DNA from: Nymphaea colorata
Taxonomy: Eukaryota
Length of the DNA: 64,000 nt
Assembly (NCBI RefSeq): GCF_008831285.2
Contig: NC_045138.2
Location: 38,626,001-38,690,000 of the forward strand
Direction of reading: 5' to 3'
The stretch's first letter is position 1; the number at the start of each line of letters is the position of its first letter. The notes beneath the pieces are model-generated. The model ran no database searches. It was not told where the DNA came from and saw only the letters and a program-made list of their open reading frames with translations. The translations under genes were made by a program, and so were the position numbers. Shown piece by piece: positions 25,418-37,900 of the stretch.

Positions 25418-25671
25418 CAATGTTGTAAAAAGCGTATTGTAAGCCGTATCGGTCTGGCATTAAGATACGCTGTATCGTAAAATATCGTAACGTATCGTAA
25501 CCGTATCGTTTTTTTTAATAAATCAGAAAAAATAGGAAAAAAATTGAAAAAAAATCAGTAAAAAACAAGAATAATATGTTCTTCATGAAAAACACATAGA
25601 TTTATAAGCCATAAGGTCCATAAGTCTATGAGATACCACATCAAAAAACAAGTTTTAGATGTTATGTATTA
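25418..25671 (+). mobile_element. Terminal fragment of a hAT-like element in the APO3 leader intron
   Basis: Starts CAATGTTGTAAAAAGCG, followed by repeated (C)GTATCG(T) subterminal motifs (25445-25510) and an A-rich interior. Absent from the inverted copy. Confidence 0.5.
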
Positions 25672-25857
25672 CATCAGATACCCACAAGGATCTGGCCTAT
25701 GTTGACCTTCCTAGGCCAGCTATGGACAAATCTAAAAGGAAGCCATATCCAACCCCCGTGAAAGTGCTTATACAGAGGTCAAAATTGGAGAAAGAAGCAA
25801 GGAAGCTGAACCCCTGTAGGACCCTTGAACCACCTGACAATGGGTTGCTCATCCCTG
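25672..25857 (+). pseudogene. 186-bp direct duplicate of part of the APO3 first coding exon
   Basis: Matches 26163-26348 (SDTHKDL...DNGLLIP) with a few substitutions. It has no splice sites of its own. Confidence 0.93.
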
Positions 25858-26080
25858 TTTTGTCGTATGTGCTTGCATATTATACTTTTGTGTTCCTTTT
25901 GTGATTTTTTGCATGCACGACTTAAACGGAGTCTTGGAATCTATTCTTTTTGTGTTTCTCAGCAGTGTCGTTTCCATTTCATTAAATGATAAATGAAATT
26001 GAGAAGTTTTATCTTTCAGTTTATGCTTTTGAGTTTTAAGAGGATATCTGATGATAAGAAATTGATTTTGCAAGTCACAG

Positions 26081-29000
26081 ATGAGATACTACTATATGTG
26101 GTCCTCTCAAAAGATTGCAAGCACGAGAGGAAGGCTTTTCCTGTATTCTCGATCTTTCTTTTCATCAGATACCCACAAGGATCTGTCCTACGTTGACCTT
26201 CCTAGGCCAGCTAGGGACAAATCTAAAAGGAAGCCATATCCAACCCCCATGAAAGTGCTTATACAGAGGGCAAAATTGGAGAAAGAAGCAAGGAAGCTGA
26301 ACCCCTGTAGGACCCTTGAACCACCTGACAATGGGTTGCTCATCCCTGAATTTGTACCCATTGCTCATCAAGTCTACAAGGCAAGAACCAACCTCCTTGA
26401 TGGTTTGTCAAAGCTATTGAACGTTGTTGATGTAAAAAGGTGCAGGTAATTTTTTTTTTTTTTGCATTTAAACAATTTGATGAAATTGCTTTCAAATTAT
26501 TCTCAATTTTTCTTTTTCTTTTTCTGAATTTTATTTGTTAATGAATTACAAAGTGGAATGATTGCTACATTAGGTTGGACCTACTACACAAAGTACATAT
26601 AGGGCTTCAAATATTTTCTTTGAAGCTTTTAAGTGAAATGTGGACTATCTTCAATTATAGTATTCTTTTTTCATTCTATTTTTTTAATATCTGTTGTTAT
26701 TTTTCAAAATGCTGTCAAATCAAGATATTTCAAACAGTTTTTAAGGGAAACATTCTAAAGTTCATAACTTAGTCCCCTAACATGTATTGGTTGAATCGGA
26801 AGTTAGATACATGATGTAAGATAACATAATAGAAAAAGTTGCCACTTTTTACTACAAAATTTCATGGAAAATTTAGAAAAGATTAGGAAAAGGTAAAAAA
26901 AAAAAAAAATCCCCATGAAAGAAAATGAATTGCATAACCATAAGTCACATAAGAAATAACAATGGCAAACATGGAACACATTTCAATAGAAATATAGTAA
27001 TCAAGATGCATCCATTAACTAAACTTGAAATTATAGTCCCTAACACAAAAGTCTGAGAGTAAAACCTGAAGTAGCATAATTTCAAAGTTCAAATGCCTAA
27101 TAACAAGGTCCTTAGACTAGTCAAATTAAGAACATATATCTGTGATAAAAATTTGATATCTTCGTTAAGTTCTTTGCTCCATTAGGTTCTCCTCCCCACA
27201 AGTTCTCTTAATATAGTCATATAACTTCCGATGTTGATGCTTCTGCTGCAACAGCCCCATTTTAGAACCAAAGACTATCAGATTTTTAATGTATCTTCTT
27301 GATTTTTGGAATTATAATATTTGGCAAAGGTAGCTTTAAATTGTCAATTGCAAGCCTTGGCTACGTCTGCATGAACTCCTCTGCAATAGTTCGTAAAGTT
27401 TTGGTGTAATATTTTTCATGTAAATGCATGGTGGCACACAGGATGGGCTGCCATCTAGTTGGCCAATCAGATGCAACTTAAAAGTATGAACTATGAGAGT
27501 TCATACCATAAATACATCGGTAAATTGAATGATGACTCTGACTTTCAGAGTCACCTAGCTATCTAATATGGGTCATCTAATTCAACATGATGGACAATTA
27601 AGAGAAAAACACCGAGAAAGAGGTGAGGGGCATTTTCATCATCTAATATTAGTTTATACCTTTTTCTCTTTATTTTTCTCTCTACCATTCATCTGCTTTA
27701 GATGGCGGCACTGGTAAGATGGCTGCGTGACTTTAGATAACCAAAGTCGTCGTTCACTCACTCTATATACATTTATATATGTATGTATATTGCAATTCTT
27801 TTGGTCATGCCTGTCTAAGAACATTGATGTGCAAGATCATAAGATCTTCCAAAAAGTTCAGCCATTGTTGAGTGTGTCATAATATTGCCAAGAAAATATA
27901 TATGACAGTCATTTAACTAAGATTTTCTAAAACAAAATCTACACTAATGGTTAACAATTTTATACCATTGATGATGAAACTTGTGAAAGACCTGTACTTT
28001 CAAGTTTCAATATGACATCAGTCTTCCGTACATGAAATTGGCTCCTAATCAATGTTTTTCTCCTCAAACACACAAGAGCTCCCTCACATTCTACTCTGAA
28101 GAGTGTGCTGTAGCCAGTCGTTTGGGGCTTTTAAAGCTCAAAATAGAAAAAGTGTGTTTTGGAGTCCAGACCCTTTTTCCACCAAGTTTGTCTCATAGAA
28201 TATAACCAGTTCGTACAATATCCTTTGCTATGTCGCCACACGTAATACAAATGAACATGCATATGATACATCCGTCAAACTAATTTCGGGACATATCTTT
28301 TCAGTTTTGGTCTTAGTGAGGTCATATGTATATATGGTATACAAGTTTCATTCGTTGGCTTAAGCATAGACTTTTTCTGATATTATTATAATCTTATCTT
28401 GAGTTTGCAAAAGCTTGATCAGAAAGGTTTTTGTGGATTCATGAAACATTTAAGTGGTATCAATTTTATTACAATATAAATGTCATTTTTTTATTGTTTG
28501 GATTAAATGTCTTCTTTGAATTAATGTTTTCTACTTCTAAGTTATGCTTAGTTCTTAATTGAGATTTCATGCTAAAAAGCAATGTACATTTCCAATTAAC
28601 CAGCAAGAAAATCATAAGCAGATTCATGGTGCAGCTACCACTTTCATCAAATTTTCCAGCCCAATATTGGGTCAATTGGATGGCAAGGGCCTTTCTGTTG
28701 ATTTTTAAGATGGTAGAATGGGTAAATGGGTTCATGTGCTTTAATTGTGCAGAAAAGAATTCTGCCATTTTCATTTGTTATATGCCTTCAAACTTTGAAG
28801 GAAGGATCTTGAAGAAGTTTGCCATGATTTTGCTTTTCGTTACAGTAAAAGTTGATGTAGTGCTCCTGTTCTTTATGTACCATTGCATGTTAAACCTTTA
28901 TGGAAAATATATGCAAGAGTCACAGGACCACCACATGTTTCTCTCCAAGGAGGGTTTCTGTGTGTCTGTTGAGTATATGTGGCTGTTCATTGTGTTTATG

Positions 29001-30101
29001 CATCCTTGCAGGAAATTCATATCTCTGGCTGCCTTAGCTTTACATAAGCTAATGCAAATCTTCTTGTTTCATTGTCTAGTGGCTACGTGGCATCTCATAA
29101 AGGATTTATTCTTAAGTGAACTTTTTATACCCATTAGGAGTGCCTTTCTTTCCCAAGTGTAAACTGGTTTTTGGTGTACAAGAAAATGTGTTTAGCGGTG
29201 TCTGTTTTTAAGTTGCACAATGGCATAATTCAGACTAATGCTCTACAGTGTCTTATTCCTGTCATCCTTCATGTTCAGATTTTGCTCAGAAGTTCATGTT
29301 GGCCACGTGGGTCATGAAATAAGAACATGTACAGGCCCAAGAAGTGGTCTAAGAAATGCCATGCATGTCTGGACCAATGGGAAAGTTGTTGATGTTGTTG
29401 GATTTCCCTTGTGCTTCCATCTAGATGATAGAGCTAAGAAACCAAGAGTTGTACATGATGAGAGATCTACAGTCAAAAGGCTGCCTGCCATTGTAGAGCT
29501 CTGCATTCAAGCTGGATTAGACCTTCCAAAGTATCCAACTATGAGAAGAACTAGGCCTGTCCACTCCATTGAGGGAAGAATCGTTGAATTTGATGATGAT
29601 TCAGCCTCAAACAATGACATAAGGGATGAGGTCAGCATGGATCTCCCTGGTAGTGAATGTCTTGATTCTGAAGAACTTACAGGTGACATTACTGAATTGA
29701 GCATCAAGATTTTAGAGTCTTGGTTCATAATGAAGAATGGAGCAGAGGAACTTATGAAAAAGTTTTCTGTCCAGACTTGCGGGTATTGCCCTGAGGTCCA
29801 AGTTGGTCCTAAAGGGCACAAGGTGAGGATGTGTAAAGCTGCTAAACACCAGTTTCGTGATGGCCTGCATGCATGGCAGGAGGCAACCATTGAAGACATT
29901 ATAGGAATGAACTACGTGTGGCATGTGCGAGATCGTGATGGTCCTGCTCTGAGGAATGAGCTCAAGAGGTACTATGGTAAAGCTCCAGCTGTTGTTGAAT
30001 TATGTGTACAGGCCGGTGCTCCCATTCCTGATGAATTCAGGAGCATGATGAGGTTGGATGTAGTTTCTCCTGACCGGGATGAAGTGGATCTTGTTGCTTG
30101 A
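26081..30101 (+). CDS. APO3: APO protein 3 (mitochondrial-type, two APO zinc-finger RNA-binding domains), ~395 aa
   Basis: Exons 26081-26445 and 29279-30101 (phase-2 GT-AG, 1188 nt). APO motifs CRFCSEVHVGHVGHEIRTC...PAIVELCIQAG and CGYCPEVQVGPKGHKVRMC...PAVVELCVQAG. RKPYPTPMK and PPDNGLL are as in APO3. The ATG directly follows an acceptor (CACAG), so an upstream exon exists. Confidence 0.92.
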
Positions 30102-32046
30102 TGGAGCCCATTTTGTTTTCCTGCACCAGCCTTTTATGAGTTGGATGCAGAGGCCTGTGTTGACAAGGATTGTTACCACCAACTCTCACCCATGTAAAAT
30201 ATGCTCTGAATTTAATTCGAAGGAATACATTATATCTAAAATTGTAAAGTATTTGAGCAGATTTTACGATTTCACTAAGTTGTGTGATTTTATTAAGGTC
30301 AAAATTATGAATCACATGCGTTGATGGATAATTGATGAAATGAAGAGCATGATGCAAGTTGGCTAAATATTTCATCAATTACGTGGGTCTGTCGTTTGAT
30401 AGTTAGACCGGTTTTGCATGTAACATACTGTAAGTTAGGTTACGGAATTAACCATGAAGAAAACAGTATGATAAAAGGTTCTGTGTAACTTATGAACGCA
30501 TATCATATATTATGTTAATTGTAACATAACGTATAATTGCACCTTAACATAAAGACGCATAAGAAAATTGAACCTAAAACTATAAATTTCTTAAAGCTGA
30601 ATGTCTTCTTCATCATGGAGAATGTTTACTTCATCATGGAAATATTGTTATAAATTTTAATCCAGAAAAAGATTTAGACTGATTTCATGCAATAAAGTTA
30701 GATTTTTCATCCTTTTTTTTTCCTGGAAAAGCTTATGTCAGTTCTCCAAAATGAAAATTTTCAAGTTTTATGATTTTACCACCATTGAGTCGCTTGAAGA
30801 CTAAAAAATCGTGTCATTCACAATGAAACCTTCTCCATTCTAATGCTCATTTAAGTATTAATAGCAATTTTAAGTGATTAATTTTGATTATTTCTAATTA
30901 AGGTGTGCATGTTGGATCTTGGAAGCAACATATAATTTTTTTTTTTGTATTTTATGCAACTCATGTTTTCACATTGGAACTTTTCTTACTTCCCATTTTT
31001 TCTTATATTTTGTATTCGTTTTCATTTTTAAATGTCTTGGTATCATTAATATTAAAAAAAAAAAATCCGTAACCTTTTGCCTGTCCAACTTTAAACCAGA
31101 CAGACACGGTTTTATTGTAGTTTTACAAAGTTGGCTTGGGCATTAACTTAGACAGAAACTCACGTTCCCATTATGTCTTCTGCAGATTTCTGGCACAACA
31201 GAATTTTGAGAATCTTTTATGGAGACCAATGAGAAAGAATACATCTTACTGGTAAAGACAGCCTAAATTAAGTGAAGAACCTTACTCTATGGAGGTGAAA
31301 ATATCAATAGAATCAAAAGACGTAGAGATATTGAATGGTGGGTTCTACGTGAAGAAATAACCTTGATGGTTAAAATGGATGAACCCTTGTAAGATAACAG
31401 CTGTTGTTAATTATTTCTGTCTGCAATCAGCAGTCACTTCCCAGCAAAAATTTTTCAAGATTAATTTTTTATGGTCAGCGAATCAGGTATGTTGTGAAAT
31501 TCATTAGTCTTCTGACCGATTTTTTGTTATTTTGTTAAAAAGAATGTGGATAATGGCTCATAGTCTTCAGTAGCTGAAAATGACAATCTTATCCTGACGT
31601 TAAGAAATTTTTTACAGCATTTTGAATATATGACAGAGGATTCAAATTTGCCGGATAATTACTGGACAGTTAGAAATTAAAAATCTGTCACTAAAAACAC
31701 CTTAAAAACATAGCCGTGGATGCGCAACGAGATTCGGAAATTCGGAGTTGCCAGTTGCCACCATCTGGTGGCTGGAGCTTGTTCCACAGGCCTCGACTTG
31801 ATGTCACCTACCGAATCAGACTCCCCAAAGAAGAACCGTATGGTGGCACGACTCCGAGGACTGCATTTCAGCCCCATGTGTGATTCTCATTTTATTTTTA
31901 AGACAGCGTTTCCCATTCTTGCGCAAGAAACTACGGACTCCCCACCTCTCTCCGTTCTTAACGACATTTGAGAGAAAGCGTGGCATCATCTTCGGAGGAA
32001 GCCATTCTCAGAGGCTCTTAAGAAAACCCATCAACTCAGAGAGGTC

Positions 32047-32108
32047 GATCTCCCAAGGCAAGAACCTAAAGAAGCAAGATCTCCCTAGGCAAGAACCTAA
32101 AGAAGCAA
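32047..32108 (+). repeat. 31-bp tandem duplication in the 5'UTR of the HD-domain gene
   Basis: GATCTCCC(A/T)AGGCAAGAACCTAAAGAAGCAA x2. The last A is the A of the start codon. Confidence 0.9.
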
Positions 32109-35100
32109 TGGGTCTGAATTCCGCACTCTCCTCTTCTTCTCTTTTCTACCAACCATTCCCATCTTCATCGCCATCGTCATCTTCTTCTCATTCGTTCCCT
32201 GCCCATCATTCCTTTTTGGTTACACCCAATTCGTTGAAGCTCCTCATGCACAAGGGGAGTTTGTCACCTGCACCCATATTGATCAATCTCACCAAGAAGT
32301 CTTTCTCACGGTTCTTTGCTGCTGCCAGTGGGGATTCGACATCTCACCGTGAATTCCCAACTACTGCATGCGGCAACGGAGCTCCGCTGTCATCGTCATC
32401 CTCCGCCATAGATTTCCTTACCTTGTGCCACCGGCTCAAGGTTGCGTCCCCGATAATATGATCTCTGTTCTTTCATTTGTTTCCTCTTCTTTTGGCGGTC
32501 TTTGATGCAGAAAACTTGTTATGCATGGGAAAATTGATCGTTTCATTTGTTTGCGTAACTTGTCGTTTTACTTTCTTTGATTTCCCTTTCTATCATGCTT
32601 TGGTCCAAACAATTAGCGTGAAATTCATGCGGATCAACACAAGCTTGTGGGAAGTGTTTGAGTTTCTGATGGTACGCTTAGATCAGGTTGTATGTCCAAT
32701 ATCTGTATCTCGCGCATGAAGGTCGTGATCGAGGGCAATCATTTACCATTGCAACTACGAAACAATCAAGTGCAACCACATTTTATTGCAGCTAGGAAAT
32801 AATCTAGACAAATGATAGCAGAGGATCCAGCATCTAGCAAAAACAAAAAAAATTCGAATTCACGACTTAAGAGATGTTTTAGTCTAATCTGTTTCGTAAC
32901 TTTTGCACTAGAACACCCCACTAAAGTATAATTAGTGATCGGCATTGTGATGATTGTGATTTCTTTTATTTATTGATGCAACCTACCAGCTAGTGCGGTT
33001 TTGTCTGGAGTCTTGGTTCATGGGGGTTTGTGAAATGCTGAACGAGATGTTATCTGACGTTGAACCAAATTGTATAAATATGCTATAGCACTTACGATTG
33101 TCATATGGCTGATCAAATTATCCTCTATCCTTTTGGTATCATTATCATCTCAGTTAGTTTTCCTCCATATATGCAGAAATTACCAAGACCTTTAAATTCT
33201 GTAACACTTCCTTTGATGTTATGTGATCCTTTTCTCACTCGTATTGATTTATGTTTGTGAGTGGTGATGAATTGAAAGGTTTCTAAGTATTGATGATAGT
33301 AGGAGATATCTTCATCTTCTGTTAAAACTTGAAGCGAAGGATTTTTGCAATATGAGGTGGAAAATTGAATGTTTTCAGAAATGACCAGTGAAGACAGGGC
33401 TAAAAGATGAATGAAGTTGGCTGCTGTTTTGGAAAAAAAATGGAAACAACATATGCTGCATAAAGTATCATCTTCATTAAGAAGGACTAATACTGGTCTA
33501 CAGGTAATACACAACTTGGATGTGGCATAGTTTTCGAACTTCCAAGTTTTAATGCAGGGGTGCTTAAAAGGAGTCAAGTACATCTCAGATTTTTGAGCAA
33601 TAAAAGTCTTTCATGATTCTTTGAGTTCACCAATGTCCACCTCTCTAGAATTCATATCTAAACTTGTTTTTTTTTCGTTCTTGACACATACTCTAAATGC
33701 GCAACTCATTTTCCTTGTGGGTCCTTGTAAGGGAAAGAAAAAATTTGGAATGTTACAATAGAGGACAGATGATTTATGTTTTAACCTTTTCAGTCAGGAA
33801 GAAATTAAACATAATATCAGTTGGACAGAAATGATACTCATGTCCAATGGGAGGTTCAATCCCATTCGGAAAAGGAGTAAGGGAAGACAATGACTGTAAC
33901 CATCTGGTCATCATGACATCTTTTGGAAAAGTATACTCTATCTAATGGAGAAATTCGAGATTATCAGATATGCTGCTACATGATCATATCCCCGATCAGT
34001 CTATGATCTTATTGTAAATCAAAGTTTTATATGTTGCTGTGCAAAGGTAGCTTCCCATCCTTACAGAAACCATCACCTGAAAACTGATCTATTCACCCTC
34101 TTTGGATAAGGTGTTTGTTCATTTGAAGTTATACTGTTGAACCACTTATAGATTGGCAACCCTGAACTCCAATCAACTCTCTGATGTATTATTGTCAATC
34201 TCTAGCAGCCATGGTCTTGATCAGTCCGGAGCTTGACCATGGCCTGGTTTGCTGCATAAGATTTGTTGAAGTTTGACTAGAGAAGTTATGCAAGTTATTC
34301 CACCATCGTTTCACTTGAGCAAGCTGTAGGATTGCAACTTGCTGGAGTCTGTTCTCTCTTCGCAGCCACAACTCCGTACAAATGGCTGAACCTCCTAACC
34401 AGGGACCCGATGATGGAACACCCGCAGAAAAGCAAATGGGTTGACAAGCTACTAGAAGATAAATGTGTGAAACTATTTTATTGAAGTATAGGTTACATGT
34501 TGTCTTCTGTTTTTCTCTCTGCAGTATCCGTATTCTAACTTTAGCTTAAAGTTTCTCTTATGCTGGTATTCAGTGCTTGTGTGGCAGTTTCCTTTGGCTT
34601 CTGATACATATACTTTTCAATTCTTTGTCAGACTACCAAAAGGAAGGGATGGATTAACCATGGAATAAAGAATCCTGAATCAATTGCTGATCATATGTAT
34701 CTCATGGCAGTTATGGCATTAATTGCAAATGACATTCCTGGTGTGGATAGAGAAAGGTGGTAGACCCCACTCTGAAACTGGAACTTCAATTTTATGGCCT
34801 ATTAATGTGTATGTGTAAATGCACGTGAACACTTACTTCTATGATCCCCAAACTGGCATAGCATGATTATCAAATAATTTTAAAATTGGAGTTTCTTCCT
34901 TTCTTGTTGCATTTACACCTGCTGATTTGAAGATTAAGATTTATTGTCCAAAGCCTCACCCTTCTATCATGTCCTATTTTTTCTCTTTCCATGTTGTTGT
35001 TTGATGCAAAGTAATGTCTTATTTAATGATGCTCTACACATCCATCTTACTAAGCAGTTTTGTCTGTTTCATCCTTTTTCTTCAAGCAGATGCATAAAGA

Positions 35101-37900
35101 TTGCAATTGTGCATGACATTGCTGAAGGTACTCTAAGGCTTTGATTTATTTTTTATTGGACTAGCCATGCAATTCGATGGATATTTTTCATCATATGAAG
35201 CACTTAAACCGTTTGTTATTACTGGCCTCCACTTAATAGCTATTGTTGGTGATATCACACCATCTGATGGGGTCCCCAAGGCAGAGAAGAGCAGGCGAGA
35301 ACTCGAGGCTTTGACTTACATGTGTGAACTTCTTGGGGAACAAGCTAGGGGTAATTGATGTATCTGGGATTTGTAATATTTATGTACTTTCAGTTATCAT
35401 TTCCTGCCATCTTTTGCATGATTTAATGGTGGCTGCTGTTTTCTGCAGCTGATGAGGTAAAAGAACTTTGGGGAGAATATGAGAACAATTCTTCTTTGGA
35501 AGCTAAACTTGTAAAAGATTTTGACAAGGTGAGTCACGTTAAAACCTGAAGTGGGCAGACCATATTTAGAAAGTTCATCTTTTGGTTTGAAGAACTTCAT
35601 TGGTTTAAGCATGGAATGAAACTCTATGCATGTGAAGTTTTGTACATGTGTTCATCAGTACAATTATATGTTGCTGGGACTCACATATGTGCAATGTTCT
35701 GATTTAACTATAGTTTAATTTGAGAAGCACCACATATTTTTCACTTCTTTTTTCTTCCCCTCTGAAGACTTCATGATATGGCTTATTCATAAGGAATCTT
35801 CTTAAAATGTATTAAATACACGTTCAGTTTTCATGATTGCTGTGTTAGACTTTTACTTCTGAGAACTGCCATTTCTGTAACCCTATTATTCATGATATCA
35901 TTTCCCTTTTTTTATAAAGAGTAGTCAAGCAGTAAATAGATTTTCTGCTGGGCATTTCAATTGACATCACACAAGCTCGTGCATGCTCTGTGGGAATGTT
36001 ATAATTTGTCAAACATTGTATCAGTTCAACAATTTTTTGTTCTCACTAGAACCATCTGTTATTAAGTTGCTCAACCATATCAGCAGATGCAGAACCTCAA
36101 TATTTTTCTATTGGGGTTATTAAAAATATATATGTTTAAAAAAATCCAAGGGTACCGTGTGCTTGGGACCAGCTCTGCCACTTCCTGCAATTCAGCTCCT
36201 GCCTATCAGTGAAAAGTTTACAAGGCAAAGCTGCAAGATGAGAAATGAATTTGTTCATTTTCTCGAATGACAGTTCAAGCAGTAGAATACTTAATCTGCT
36301 ATTTACTAATAAAGAAGATTCAAGAGAAGATAATGGGATATGATAATAAAAAGAATTGTGTAGGATGACAAGGCGTATGTACAGATTCATATGCCAAGAA
36401 TGCCAGTTCTGTTGTTTCCCTTCCCTTCTTTGTTCATAATTTATGACTGAAAATAGCTGTTGGGTTTCATTTTGTGGTTTTCCCTGGTGCATTTCTATTT
36501 ACCATTGCATATGGTGGCTATCGAACAGTGCATGTTATGGGGAGACTTACTCTAAACTCTAAAGATAATTTTTTGTCTATGCACCACACTGTGCTTCATG
36601 AGTTCTGTGAATTTTCTAGAAGTGGGAACAAAATTCGGGATCTATTAATAGCAATAATAAGATGATAAAAAAAATATTTATGCCTGAAAAACGTCAGTTG
36701 ATGGTCTGCTATAGCCTATAATCTAAATGTAAGTCATGTGCTTCATTGCTATTAGAACATTATTATAGCTGCCAGCATTACAAGGTACTGGAGTTATAGT
36801 GTGCGAATTCTTGGAAAGACATGGTCACAGCTTTACTTTGTGTTCTGAGGAGTGAGGAGCACATTGCCCATTGATTTTGTAATGTTTCTGTGAATATTTT
36901 GATCTGATCATCCATGTGTTCATAGGCCTTTAAAAAGAGAAGACACATTATATTTTCAGGTTCTGATACATGAATTCGATAATTTGAAAGCATCAAGCTT
37001 TCATTAACTAAAAAAGTTCATTTTTGTATGGAAGTAGTTAGATCCACAGCATTGTTCTGCCGATCAGAGGTACCTGATCATCTAAATAATGCATGCAGCA
37101 TGATTTCCCACTGCATAGTAAAGTATATCAAAAGACAAGACCTTGTGGCGAGCATGATGCGAGCATTAATTTTTCTTTGTGTGTATAGGAGCATATGAAC
37201 AATTGGGTAAATATTTGAATTTTTCACTAAGGCAGTCAACAATTTGCAGGTGGAGATGATCCTGCAAGCATTGGAATATGAAGCTGGTATCTCTCTGAAT
37301 TCAATAAAACCTTCTTCAGAATTGGCTTCTCGGTCCACCTATTGTTGGGGACTTAAAGTAGAATAACATGTTCTTCTGTTTTCTAGACTAACTGAGAATG
37401 CTTAAGCTTGACCTCTTATGGTTAAGGTGATAAATAATTTCCCTGTTTCCTCTTTTTTGGCAAGACAAAAGAACTGTGGTCCTGAACCACCATAGTCTAT
37501 GGTGGAAAACAGTTGATTTACGTCATCTAATCTCCAAAAGTGAATTAATTGTTGAATCATGTTCAACATCTTTTCTCTGTTAAATTGATTTATGTCTGAC
37601 GTAAAATGCTTGTTGACTATCATCAATGTTAACTATGGTTAATTCGTTTATGGTTTGTTTTGCTTTGTTCTAATTTGATGCAGAGCATGGCAAGGTCTTG
37701 GACGAATTCTTCCTTTCCACGGCAGGTACTTTTCTTTCATTCTCCTGAGTTGAACGCTACATGTTTTCTCCGCAGCATTGAATGTATTTGTCTATTTATT
37801 ATTATTTTTTTTTATCACAGGGAAATTTCAAACTGACATCGGAAGGAGGTGGGCTGCGGAGGTGACGTCAAGAAGGAACAGAAGACTCGATGGAAAGTGA
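32108..37900 (+). CDS. HDDC2: HD-domain metal-dependent phosphohydrolase / 5'-deoxynucleotidase (HDDC2-like) with N-terminal transit peptide, ~281 aa
   Basis: Exons 32108-32440, 34632-34756, 35090-35127, 35240-35350, 35449-35528, 37250-37286, 37684-37725, 37821-37900 (846 nt, phase-compatible). Motifs AIDFLTLCHRLKTTKRKGW, PESIADHMY, IAIVHDIAEAIVGDITP, EAKLVKDFDKVEMILQALEYE and LDEFFLSTAGKFQT. Ser-rich N-terminus. Confidence 0.93.

Noticed and set aside
28569..29162. 197-aa ORF
   Set aside because: Lies in the T-rich APO3 intron. Composition is typical of translated intron DNA and has no recognisable motif.
29312..29924. Antisense ORFs over APO3, ALA and CYP38 exons
   Set aside because: Shadow ORFs of genuine coding sequence on the opposite strand.
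31880..32107. N-terminal extension of the HD-domain ORF
   Set aside because: Starts at a non-ATG codon and runs through a UTR-like tandem duplication. The ATG at 32108 gives a typical transit peptide.
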